From Candidatus Omnitrophota bacterium (GTDB lineage: Bacteria > Omnitrophota > Gorgyraeia > Zapsychrales > JANLHA01), in the NCBI GenBank assembly GCA_020632535.1, contig JACKFJ010000002.1, positions 318,331 through 382,330 on the forward strand: 64,000 bases of DNA, given 5' to 3'. The notes under the pieces are model-generated. The model was not told where the DNA came from, searched no databases, and saw nothing but the letters and a program-made list of their open reading frames with translations. The position numbers were made by a program, and so were the translations under genes. This document shows positions 19,996 to 28,173 of the stretch, piece after piece (within the stretch, counting starts at the first letter, position 1; each line of letters opens with the position of its first letter).

Positions 19996-20634
19996 ATGAT
20001 AAGTCAGAAAAATGTTGTTCAGGTTTTTGTTGGTGGGTTTTTAGTGTTGTTGGTTTTAGTTCCAACTCAAGCTTATGCGGATAGGGGTCGCGATCGGAAT
20101 GTTAGTAAACACCACAATTCGAATAAGCATCGTCATTTTAATCATTATCGGCATCACACGTATCCACGGTATGGTGAAACACGAATATCTCTGCCGGGAG
20201 CATTTCTTTCAATTTCAATTGGTGGCGGCAAATATTATTATTGCGATGGAGTATACTATCGTCGGCATGCGCGACGATACGTTGTTGTAGCTCCGCCGCG
20301 CGGTGCGGTGATTCAACACATTCCGGCGTATTATCAACCAGTCATTATCAATGGTGCGACGTATTACACGCAAGATGGGATTTATTATCAATCGACACCG
20401 CAAGGATATGTTGTTGCGCAGCCGCCACAGATTGCTCCAATGCTTGCGAGTAGAACAGTAAATTCAGTCGAAAATAATGACGGTTCATTTCTAATCAATA
20501 TTCCTAATCTTAAGGGGAGTGGTTATACGGGAGTGACTTTAAAAAGATCTGGAGATGGTTATGTGGGACCGCAGGGAGAATTTTACTCTGAATTTCCCAA
20601 GGTCGCGCAATTGCAGTCGATGTATGTACATTAA
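19996..20634 (+). CDS. Secreted His- and Tyr-rich hypothetical protein
   Basis: The ATG at 19996 follows AGGAGG. Signal-like VQVFVGGFLVLLVLVPTQAYA. His-rich KHHNSNKHRHFNHYRHHTYPRY. Repeated YYY/GVYY...YVVV..PP segments. Confidence 0.55.
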   Translation: MISQKNVVQVFVGGFLVLLVLVPTQAYADRGRDRNVSKHHNSNKHRHFNHYRHHTYPRYGETRISLPGAFLSISIGGGKYYYCDGVYYRRHARRYVVVAPPRGAVIQHIPAYYQPVIINGATYYTQDGIYYQSTPQGYVVAQPPQIAPMLASRTVNSVENNDGSFLINIPNLKGSGYTGVTLKRSGDGYVGPQGEFYSEFPKVAQLQSMYVH

Positions 20635-20737
20635 GTTTTGCTGAGCTTCACAATGTTTATATATTGGGGTACTATGTTTAAAATGATTATTTCAAAATCA
20701 TTCTTCTTATTTATCAGTAACAATATAGAAAGTATTA

Positions 20738-21298
20738 ATGCGCGAGATTACCAACGATATTATTTTGTTAGCTTCGCAAGGCGATTTGCAGTCTTTCGAA
20801 ATTATTTACAAAGCGATGTCAGGTTTTGTGTATAACGTTGCTTTACGAATAATGAATAATAGAGAAGATGCGGAGGAAGTTACGCAGGAAGTTTTCCTAA
20901 CAACTTATCGTAAGCTTCAGGGTTTTCGGCTTGAGTCATCACTGAAAACATGGGTTTATCGTATAACGGTTAATTGTGCGATTAATTTTGGACGAAAAAA
21001 AACAGTGATAAATAATAAAATAAAAACATATGATGAATCTGCTGCAGAAGCGATGGTCGAGGGAGACGTTCAGAAGGAAATTGAGAAAGAACACACAAAT
21101 AAAGTTGTTAATAATATTTTAAGTGTTTTGAATTTAGAGCAGCGCGTGTGTGTGGTTCTCAGAAATATTGAAGGATTAAGTTATGAGGAAATTGCAGAAG
21201 CATTGAACATCAATATTAATACTGTGCGCTCGCGACTCAAGAGAGCGCGAGAAAAGATTTTATCGTTAAGGAAGCAGGTGGATTATGAATACTTGTAA
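20738..21298 (+). CDS. ECF-family RNA polymerase sigma factor
   Basis: Region 2 (EDAEEVTQEVFLTTYRKLQGF...TWVYRITVNCAINF) and region 4 HTH (LRNIEGLSYEEIAEALNININTVRSRLKRAREKI). Confidence 0.9.
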   Translation: MREITNDIILLASQGDLQSFEIIYKAMSGFVYNVALRIMNNREDAEEVTQEVFLTTYRKLQGFRLESSLKTWVYRITVNCAINFGRKKTVINNKIKTYDESAAEAMVEGDVQKEIEKEHTNKVVNNILSVLNLEQRVCVVLRNIEGLSYEEIAEALNININTVRSRLKRAREKILSLRKQVDYEYL

Positions 21299-21758
21299 AA
21301 ATATAAAAGATTTAATTCTGACGGACTATATGGATTCTGAAGTAGATCTGTCAACGAGAGAGCAGATTAGCAGCCATTTGTTGAATTGTTCACATTGTCG
21401 ACGCTTTGCGGCAGAAGCAGAAAAGAATTTGGCTGTTCCGTTTAAGGGGAAGATTCGCGAAGATGTTCCTGAACACGTTTGGTCGTCGATTCGTCAAAGC
21501 ATTGAGAATGCAGCCATGGCGAACACCCAATCAAAAAGTTTTATCAATAATTTCATCCAGATTTTTTCGTTTCCTAAATTAGCGCCAGCTTTGGGAGGTT
21601 TTGTCGTTCTTTTATTAATGGGGACGTTTATTCTTAATTCTCATCAGATTAAGCAAGTGAAAGAAAAAGAACAGGGAGAATATTTAGCTTCGCTTTGGAA
21701 AACAGTAGATTTTGAGAATAGTGATTTAAGAACACCAATAGAAGAATATTTTTTATAA
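21285..21758 (+). CDS. Anti-sigma factor (zf-HC2 type, single-pass membrane)
   Basis: 14-nt overlap with the sigma gene. HLLNCSHCRRF zinc-finger motif. Central TM helix LAPALGGFVVLLLMGTFIL. Confidence 0.75.
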   Translation: MNTCKNIKDLILTDYMDSEVDLSTREQISSHLLNCSHCRRFAAEAEKNLAVPFKGKIREDVPEHVWSSIRQSIENAAMANTQSKSFINNFIQIFSFPKLAPALGGFVVLLLMGTFILNSHQIKQVKEKEQGEYLASLWKTVDFENSDLRTPIEEYFL

Positions 21759-21773
21759 AACAGGGGGGTTGAG

Positions 21774-22232
21774 ATGTTACTTAAGCGGTTAATTGTTTTG
21801 TCAGTTTTAATGATGAGCCTTTCGGTAATATCTGTGGCGGATGCCAATGATGATTTGTCTTTTCAGTCTCGACGAGAAAGAAGAGAAAAGAATATTCAGG
21901 AGGTTTATAATCAGCTTAGTTTGACAGATGCGCAAAAGCAGCAACTCGAACAGAATAAAATTAATAATCAGGGCAAGAAGAAAGACTTGTATGAAAAAAT
22001 ACGTTCTTACAAAGAGATGCTTAATCAGGAACTCATGAAGATTGATTTGGATATGACAAAAATCAATAATATTCAAGGTAGTATTAAAGCTTTACAAATG
22101 CAAATATTGGATGATCGCTTGAATTCTATTTTAGAAGTTCGCAAGATTTTAACACCTGAGCAATTTACAAAATTTATTGGTTTTATGAAGGAAGCACGAC
22201 AAGAACGTTTTAAAAATGATGAAAAGCAATAA
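21774..22232 (+). CDS. Periplasmic Spy/CpxP-family (LTxxQ) protein
   Basis: Signal peptide. LTxxQ motifs LSLTDAQKQQL and LTPEQFTKF. Helical and charged. Confidence 0.7.
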   Translation: MLLKRLIVLSVLMMSLSVISVADANDDLSFQSRRERREKNIQEVYNQLSLTDAQKQQLEQNKINNQGKKKDLYEKIRSYKEMLNQELMKIDLDMTKINNIQGSIKALQMQILDDRLNSILEVRKILTPEQFTKFIGFMKEARQERFKNDEKQ

Positions 22233-22247
22233 AAAAGGGTAAGTCAG

Positions 22248-22391
22248 ATGTTCTTAATTCTGAGAAATTTTGTGTTAAGTTTTGCATTGGTTGTTGGATA
22301 TTTTTCGGATGAGAGTGCGCTTGAACAATTGAGCTGGCAGGATTGTTTACGTGAAGCCGCAAAGAATCATCCGGATTTAATCGTCGCGTAA
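22248..22391 (+). pseudogene. Remnant: N-terminal 47 codons of a TolC-like outer-membrane efflux protein
   Basis: Translating from the ATG at 22248 gives MFLILRNFVLSFALVVGYFSDESALEQLSWQDCLREAAKNHPDLIVA then a stop. The signal peptide plus L-S-W-Q-D-C-L-R-E-A-x-x-N-H-P-D-L is the typical start of TolC/OprM-family proteins. These are normally over 400 aa. Confidence 0.6.
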
Positions 22392-22399
22392 GAAAATGT

Positions 22400-22495
22400 T
22401 CTGCTTTTTCTGTGACCGTCGTTATTATTTTTGGATTATGGCCAGCTTAGAAAGCAGCACGATTAAATCCGTTCGAAGCTTTAAGGTATGAATAG
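22400..22495 (+). pseudogene. Remnant: last TM helix and C-terminal tail of an FtsX/MacB-type ABC permease, with an in-frame stop
   Basis: This frame reads SAFSVTVVIIFGLWPA, then TAG at 22448-22450, then KAARLNPFEALRYE and a stop at 22493-22495. G-L-x-P-A-x-K-A-A-R-L-x-P-x-E-A-L-R-Y-E is the canonical FtsX-family C-terminus. Confidence 0.65.
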
Positions 22496-22507
22496 AAGCA
22501 GGAATTT

Positions 22508-23062
22508 TTAGACGATTTGTTTATAGAATCTTTCTTTAGCATCTTCAATTGCTTTGATCGCGGCCGGCAAATTATCCCAACCTTCAATGCCGGTTTTCTT
22601 TTCTTCCAAATCTTTATAGATTTTGAAAAAGTGTTCAATTTCTTTGAGCAAATGAGGCGGAATGTCATTGAGGTCTTTGATGTGATTCCAGAGAGGGTCG
22701 CGCACTGGCACACAAAGAATTTTTTCATCCGGTCCTTTTTCGTCCCACATTTTGAACAGTCCAACAGGTTTGGCCTCAATCATACAACCCGGAAATGTTG
22801 GTTCCCAAACTAAAACCAATGCGTCCAAAGGATCACCGTCGAGAGCGAGGGTGTCAGGAATAAAACCATAATCGCTGGGATAGTGGACAGCGGAAAAAAG
22901 CATGCGGTCAAATTTCAAGACTTTGCGTTTGATATCATATTCATATTTATTGCGGCTACCTTTAGGAATTTCGATCATAACCGAAACCGTTTGTACGGGT
23001 TTAGAGGATTTTACGCGACGAAATTTTTGTAACTTTGTTTTTTTGATTATTTTTGCGGACAT
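22508..23062 (-). CDS. ppa: Inorganic pyrophosphatase (family I)
   Basis: EIPKGSRNKYEYD, ALDGDPLDALV and DEKILCVPVRDP. 184 aa with a short basic N-terminal extension, so the true start may be internal. Confidence 0.9.
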   Translation of the reverse strand: MSAKIIKKTKLQKFRRVKSSKPVQTVSVMIEIPKGSRNKYEYDIKRKVLKFDRMLFSAVHYPSDYGFIPDTLALDGDPLDALVLVWEPTFPGCMIEAKPVGLFKMWDEKGPDEKILCVPVRDPLWNHIKDLNDIPPHLLKEIEHFFKIYKDLEEKKTGIEGWDNLPAAIKAIEDAKERFYKQIV

Positions 23063-23201
23063 GATATTTTCCTTAAACGTATTAAATTTGAAAGGTAATC
23101 TATAATAGCTTTTTGATTCTATTTTATCTTTTGGCTTTTGTCGAGAAGATTGATTATAATCATGGGACTTAAGAGGATAATTGTTTTAGGAGAAATATTA
23201 T

Positions 23202-23576
23202 ATGGAAAAATGGCTATATTTGATCGCGGGTGGGATTGTTGGGACGGTTTCTCGGTATGCTTTGGCGGGTGTGGTTTCGCAAAAAGTAGGTACAGCTTTC
23301 CCTTGGGGGACATTGGCGGTCAATTTGGTTGGGTGTTTTGTGATTGGGTTTCTCGACGTGATTTTTGAGAGAAAATTCTTGATTATACATAACTACCGCA
23401 TTCTTTTAATGACTGGTTTTTGTGGAGCATTTACAACTCTTTCTGGCATAATGTTAGAGATTTCGGATCTTGCTAAGAAAAACGAATATGGTTATGTGTG
23501 TGGTTATGTTGTGCTTACGATTTGTGTTGGGTTTATTCTTTTTAAAGTTGGCGCGGCTTTCGCAGAACTTCTTTAA
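23202..23576 (+). CDS. crcB: Fluoride ion channel CrcB/FluC
   Basis: 124 aa with 4 TM helices. GTLAVNLVGCFVIGF and GFCGAFTTLS motifs. Confidence 0.85.
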   Translation: MEKWLYLIAGGIVGTVSRYALAGVVSQKVGTAFPWGTLAVNLVGCFVIGFLDVIFERKFLIIHNYRILLMTGFCGAFTTLSGIMLEISDLAKKNEYGYVCGYVVLTICVGFILFKVGAAFAELL

Positions 23577-23662
23577 GTTTTTGTTTTGTGTTTTTAATAA
23601 AGAGTGTTAAAACTGCACAAGTGCGATAGATGTTTTAGTTAATTAAAATAGGGAGAATTTCC

Positions 23663-24283
23663 ATGACATTATGGCAGCTTTTTCAGGCGGGTGGATTTAC
23701 GATGTATCTTTTAATGGCGTGTTCAGCGCTTTCGCTCGGGATTATTGTCGAAAGAATTATTTATTTTCGTTTGCGCGCGAGCATTGATCGACGGGAATTT
23801 ATGGAACAAATCAGTAAAGAATTAGGAAAAGGTAACATAAAAAACGCTTTAGAAATGTGTAAAAAGGCCAAAGCTTCTTTTGCTAATGTCGCAGCAGCAG
23901 GATTGCATTTGCACGGGCATAATGAAGTTGTTATTTCTAATGCGATGCAACGTGAAGTCACGATCGAAACCATGAAATTGGAACGATATACAGGTGTTGT
24001 TGGAACAATTGGGAGTACTGCAGTTTATGTTGGTCTTTTTGGTACGGTTTTAGGTATCATGCGGGCTTTTCAGGATATTGCCGCGAGTGGATTTGGCGGC
24101 ATTAATGTTGTTATTAATGGTATTGCCGAGGCATTGGTTTGCACAGCCGCGGGGTTAGCAGTTGCTGTTCCTGCGGTTATTGCGTTTAATTATTTTTCTC
24201 GCACCATTGATAATTTTATTACCGATATGGAGCTTTGTGCTTCTGAAACTATGGATCTCTTGAATGCTACCAAGAACGATTAG
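23663..24283 (+). CDS. MotA/TolQ/ExbB-family proton channel protein
   Basis: 206 aa with 3 TM helices. GLFGTVLGIMRAF and GIAEALVCTAAGLAVAVPAVIAFN. Confidence 0.85.
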   Translation: MTLWQLFQAGGFTMYLLMACSALSLGIIVERIIYFRLRASIDRREFMEQISKELGKGNIKNALEMCKKAKASFANVAAAGLHLHGHNEVVISNAMQREVTIETMKLERYTGVVGTIGSTAVYVGLFGTVLGIMRAFQDIAASGFGGINVVINGIAEALVCTAAGLAVAVPAVIAFNYFSRTIDNFITDMELCASETMDLLNATKND

Positions 24284-24695
24284 AAAATCTCGCAAGCAGC
24301 GGCTTGTGTCCGAGATCAATATTACGCCTTTTACCGACGTGATTCTTGTTCTTCTCATCATTTTTATGGTAACAACTCCGTTGATTTCTCAGTCGACGCT
24401 TAAGGTTAAGTTGCCAGAAGCCAAAAGTAGTCAGCCGATGGAGACAGGCAATCAAAAGAAGGCCTATGTTACGATTAATAATGAAGGGCTGCTTTATCTC
24501 GATAGCAAAATTGTCACGCGTAAGGAATTAAAGGAAAAACTTGGTGCTTTGCGTGCCGCACATCCGGAGATTGGGGTGATTCTTCGCGCTGACAAATCCT
24601 CGCGATTTAAAGATGTTGTGGAGGTTTTAGACTCGTTGAATGAACTTAATATTGCCAAGTTGGATATTGAAACATTGACCCAAACACTACGGTGA
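24264..24695 (+). CDS. ExbD/TolR-family biopolymer transport protein
   Basis: 20-nt overlap with the upstream gene. INITPFTDVILVLLIIFMV TM helix. C-terminal periplasmic domain with VILRADKSSRFKDVVEVLD. Confidence 0.85.
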   Translation: MLPRTIRKSRKQRLVSEINITPFTDVILVLLIIFMVTTPLISQSTLKVKLPEAKSSQPMETGNQKKAYVTINNEGLLYLDSKIVTRKELKEKLGALRAAHPEIGVILRADKSSRFKDVVEVLDSLNELNIAKLDIETLTQTLR

Positions 24696-24710
24696 CGGTG
24701 TGGGTTTTTT
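24679..24710 (+). terminator. Hairpin plus T-tract at the convergent exbD/dedA junction
   Basis: CCCA-AA-CAC (24679-24687) pairs with GTG-TGGG (24698-24704) and is followed by TTTTTT (24705-24710). The two convergent genes overlap by 9 nt here. Confidence 0.4.
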
Positions 24711-25334
24711 GTGTTTGTAATATTCCCAAACACCGGGCAAGAGGGAAACAAAAATAATTCCAAAAATAACGAGGGTGAAGTTCTTTTTAACAAACGCGAT
24801 ATTGCCAAAGAAGTATCCCGCCAAAACAAATAGAAATATCCACAAAAACGCGCCAATCACATTATAAAGAAGAAATCGTTTGTAACTCATTTTCCCGACT
24901 CCGGCGAGAAAAGGTGCAAATGTGCGGATGATGGGAAAAAAGCGGGCAAGGATAATAGCTTTGCCGCCGTATTTTTCAAAAAAGCTTTGAGTTCGTGCTA
25001 AATATTCTGGTTTAAGAAAGCGGCGGTACTTTTCACTAAAGATTTTAGGGCCTAAAATATGTCCTATCCAGTAATTGACAGTGTCGCCGAGAATAGCCGC
25101 TATGCATAAAAGTCCTAGTACTGTACCAAGGTCTAGTGCTTTTGTGGCGGTGATTGCTCCAGTCACGAAAAGGAGCGAATCTCCGGGGAGAAACGGTGTG
25201 ATGACTAAACCTGTTTCACAAAAAATAATGAGGAAGAGAATAAGATATGACCAGACGCCATAGTCTTGAACTACAAGAAAAAGATGTTTGTCGAGATGGA
25301 TAAAAAAATCGAGAACGTGTTTTAGGATTTCCAT
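24687..25334 (-). CDS. dedA: DedA-family (SNARE-associated) membrane protein
   Basis: Internal ATG at 25334 (MEILKHVLDFF). LPGDSLLFVTG and ARFFPIIRTFAPFLAGVGKM motifs. Confidence 0.85.
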   Translation of the reverse strand: MEILKHVLDFFIHLDKHLFLVVQDYGVWSYLILFLIIFCETGLVITPFLPGDSLLFVTGAITATKALDLGTVLGLLCIAAILGDTVNYWIGHILGPKIFSEKYRRFLKPEYLARTQSFFEKYGGKAIILARFFPIIRTFAPFLAGVGKMSYKRFLLYNVIGAFLWIFLFVLAGYFFGNIAFVKKNFTLVIFGIIFVSLLPGVWEYYKHKKPTPSP

Positions 25335-25410
25335 GGCAAGTATGATAGCATCGACCTCGAATTTTGGTAAGTTAAAATATAAAAAAGAGCCAAGTCCGTT
25401 TCTTGACATT

Positions 25411-25419
25411 TGGTATAAT
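25411..25419 (+). promoter_or_regulatory. Extended -10 promoter (TGgTATAAT) upstream of the lipoprotein gene
   Basis: TG at 25411-25412 and TATAAT at 25414-25419, in the divergent dedA/lipoprotein spacer. A TTGACA lies only 5 nt upstream, so it is not a functional -35 for this -10. Confidence 0.4.
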
Positions 25420-25549
25420 TTCGATAGAATTAACGCAATATTGGTTTGAGAATTTTTGTGGTGTATCTCATATATTTAGTTTAAAAAAACAAGTAAATTT
25501 AACCGTTGCGGAGCAAGACATTGTTCTGCTAAAGAAAGTTGAGATTCAG

Positions 25550-26023
25550 ATGAACATGTTGAAAGTTTGTGTTGGTGTTGTCGCGTCCGTTATTCTTGTG
25601 TCTGGTTGTCAGAAAAAAGAAAATGTTGCTTCGCTTCCGCCTGAGCAGATTTTGACTGGTAATGCGATTTTAGCGCCGCAGTCTGTGACGCTTGAAGCTC
25701 ACGGTGTAGCTATGCAGGTGAGTCCTTATAATGCTTCGATGACTGCCCCGATGGATTCTAGCTCACTTGAATTGACAAGTGCGCCAGTTACAGATAAGCC
25801 AACTAACAAAGATATACAGCAGGCCCTTAAGAACGCTGGGACATACAATGGTCCAATCGATGGAAGTATTGGTCCTAAAACCAAGAAAGCGATTCGTGAT
25901 TTTCAGGTTCAAACAGGTTTGAACGCTGATGGAAAAGTTGGACCAAGAACTTGGAAAAAGCTTTCGTCACATTTAAACGCTGTCTCGGTTGAATCCGCTG
26001 AGCCGATGACAATTTCGAATTAA
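25550..26023 (+). CDS. Lipoprotein with a C-terminal peptidoglycan-binding (PG_binding_1-like) domain
   Basis: The ATG at 25550 gives MNMLKVCVGVVASVILVSGC (lipobox). C-terminal IQQALKNAGTYNGPIDGSIGPKTKKAIRDFQVQTGLNADGKVGPRTW. Confidence 0.75.
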   Translation: MNMLKVCVGVVASVILVSGCQKKENVASLPPEQILTGNAILAPQSVTLEAHGVAMQVSPYNASMTAPMDSSSLELTSAPVTDKPTNKDIQQALKNAGTYNGPIDGSIGPKTKKAIRDFQVQTGLNADGKVGPRTWKKLSSHLNAVSVESAEPMTISN

Positions 26024-26033
26024 AAGGTGCTAT

Positions 26034-26129
26034 ATGGCCACGACAAAAAAAGTAAAAAAGCCAATTAAGAAAACCACAAAGAAAGTCGTGACATCATCGT
26101 GCGGATCTTCGTCCTGTGGTTGTCATTGA
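26034..26129 (+). CDS. Uncalled 31-aa Lys-rich, Cys-rich micro-ORF
   Basis: AAGGTG (26024-26029) sits 4 nt before the ATG at 26034. Product: MATTKKVKKPIKKTTKKVVTSSCGSSSCGCH, with the stop at 26127-26129. Too short for the ORF track. Starts 10 nt after the upstream stop codon. Confidence 0.4.
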   Translation: MATTKKVKKPIKKTTKKVVTSSCGSSSCGCH

Positions 26130-26269
26130 TTTCTGAAAAATTCGCTGCCTTTCTTCGGCTAAAATCAGTGTTTTGTGTCTCGCCAAAATTTTAAGTCCCT
26201 ACCTGTTGATTTCTGGCGGTTTTCCCACTGGAACTTTCTTTTTACCTTTTAAGCTCAAGAGGGTATACT

Positions 26270-26869
26270 GTGGACATGATTATTCCAGCCCATCAAAGTG
26301 AAAAAATAAAGAATGTTTTGCGGGTTTATGATCAACTCGACGTTGAAATTACTGAATTTCAAGCGTCTAGTTTTCTGAAATGTGAAAATGGATGCGGTCG
26401 ATGTTGCGATAATCCCAAGATTACGGCAACAATTTTAGAAGTTCTTCCTTTAGCTCAAGAATTGTGTAGAAATAGTACTGTTGAGCAAGCTTTGTCGAAG
26501 GTGACAAAAACCAAAGACAATGACGTTTGTGTTTTTTATCAACCAGATGTTTTTATTGCCGGTTATGGACGATGTTCCGTGTATCCATGGCGACCATTGC
26601 TTTGCCGACTTTTTGGATATTCGACTAAAAGAAATAAATCCGGCACGTCAGAAATTATGACATGTTCGACGATAAAGCGACGCAACGTTAAGGAATATGA
26701 GTTGGCAAAGGTCTTAGTGCAAGAAGAAAGAATTGTGGCACCATGCGCGCAAGATTATGCCATGCAGGTTTCACATATTGATTCGTACCTTGGTATTGAA
26801 CAATTCCCTATTAATCAGGCAGTTCGGAATGCTTTAGAAAAAATGAGTTTGTATGAAAAAACGGTATAA
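26270..26869 (+). CDS. YkgJ-family (CxxCxxCC-type) cysteine-cluster protein
   Basis: CENGCGRCCDNP motif near the N-terminus, plus a later CSVYPWRPLLCRLFG segment typical of the family. The start is GTG at 26270 or ATG at 26276. Confidence 0.65.
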   Translation: MDMIIPAHQSEKIKNVLRVYDQLDVEITEFQASSFLKCENGCGRCCDNPKITATILEVLPLAQELCRNSTVEQALSKVTKTKDNDVCVFYQPDVFIAGYGRCSVYPWRPLLCRLFGYSTKRNKSGTSEIMTCSTIKRRNVKEYELAKVLVQEERIVAPCAQDYAMQVSHIDSYLGIEQFPINQAVRNALEKMSLYEKTV

Positions 26870-28133
26870 ATTTTCTATAGGTTTTGTAATCGCGCTTCTT
26901 CTGGCTTTTTGCGTGGTACTCTTTTTTACATCAACTCGACAAGGAATTCGTTTAGTAACAAAGAAGTTTCTTTCTGATTTTGTCGCGGCCGATGATATTC
27001 AAGTTGGATCGATGACTGGTCAGCTTTCGGATGAATTGATATTCAGCAATATTGAGCTTAAGAATCTCAAGTGGTTTCCAACGGATACGGTCATTCGAAT
27101 TCAGCGTTTGATAATCAGCCTTAAGTCGTTTAACCCACAAGATATACAAGTCCATTTTGAAAATATTCGTGTTTTTATGCCATATAGTGATCCGATTGTT
27201 TTGTCGGGGCATTTTAAACAGGGTCAATTGACGTGTAATGCTTATTCAAGCAATGTTTCTATCGATGAGTTTTTGACTCTTTTGCCGCAAAAAATTGCCA
27301 GCAATCCCAAAGGTGTTCTTAAAGACGTTGATTTGTATTTGGAGGGGCCGCCAAACGCGATCAATATCAAGGGGACGTTCTTAATTGATTCTTTAGAAAT
27401 GCCCAAATTTACGCTGAGTGACGCCCCGGGAGATCTTTCGTTATTGTTTAAACGTATAGCGAGTGGTTTTGCTCCTTATGGGGAGTTGCGGGTGACAGAG
27501 GGCAAGGTCACGACAAAAAACGCATTGTTGAAATTGGAAAAAAGTCATTTGTATTTTTCGGGCACTTTTGCTGAACCGAGATTTGATATTAAGGGAGGCG
27601 CGTCAATTGGCAAGGTGGACATTGATCTTGCGCTTTTAGGGACGCCTAAGGCTCCGCAATGGCGTTTTAGTTCTGACCCGCCAAAGGCTGAGGGAGTTTT
27701 GATGTTGATGTTTTTGACGGGAAAAAACTTAGAAGGAGTTCAGACTTCTGTTGAAGAAAATCGGCTCACGCCAGATTTAGCTAAGGATCTTATTGATTAT
27801 TTTCTTTTAGGCGGAGAAGGTGGACGGCTTGCCCAGAAACTTGGAATTAAAGAGGTTTCGATTATTTACGATAAAGAAAAAGAAGTCGCTGGTATTGGTG
27901 TGAAAAAAGAAGTGACAAATTTTTTTGATGTTGGTTATCAGTTTGAGCAGCAGGGCCTTAATAAAGCTGAAACTGCCGATCATAAACATACTCTTGGTGC
28001 CGAATTAAAATTGAATCGTCATTTTTCCGTGGAAGTCGATAGAGAACTTTATCAATCACATAATCAAGAACGGTTTAATGAGCCCATCAAGACGGATGAT
28101 AAAGTCTTGTTTAAATACAAAACGCGGTTTTAA
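26853..28133 (+). CDS. Short TamB/AsmA-like protein: N-terminal anchor plus a DUF490-like C-terminus
   Basis: 17-nt overlap with the upstream gene. N-terminal TM anchor, then a repetitive beta-rich region. C-terminal part WRFSSDPPKAEGVLMLMFLTGKNLEG...GAELKLNRHFSVEVDRE...LFKYKTRF resembles the TamB C-terminal domain and ends in Phe. Confidence 0.5.
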   Translation: MKKRYKFSIGFVIALLLAFCVVLFFTSTRQGIRLVTKKFLSDFVAADDIQVGSMTGQLSDELIFSNIELKNLKWFPTDTVIRIQRLIISLKSFNPQDIQVHFENIRVFMPYSDPIVLSGHFKQGQLTCNAYSSNVSIDEFLTLLPQKIASNPKGVLKDVDLYLEGPPNAINIKGTFLIDSLEMPKFTLSDAPGDLSLLFKRIASGFAPYGELRVTEGKVTTKNALLKLEKSHLYFSGTFAEPRFDIKGGASIGKVDIDLALLGTPKAPQWRFSSDPPKAEGVLMLMFLTGKNLEGVQTSVEENRLTPDLAKDLIDYFLLGGEGGRLAQKLGIKEVSIIYDKEKEVAGIGVKKEVTNFFDVGYQFEQQGLNKAETADHKHTLGAELKLNRHFSVEVDRELYQSHNQERFNEPIKTDDKVLFKYKTRF

Positions 28134-28173
28134 CTTCAAATTGTTTCAAGGAATAGAAAAACGGTTTTAACGA

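Noticed and set aside
23063-23201. Fluoride riboswitch (crcB motif) expected upstream of crcB
   Set aside because: The 139-nt spacer lacks the conserved GGxGAUGG 5' element and the CUGAUGAUGCCUAC-like 3' element on the plus strand. Only a weak TTGGCT-N18-TATAAT promoter-like string is present.
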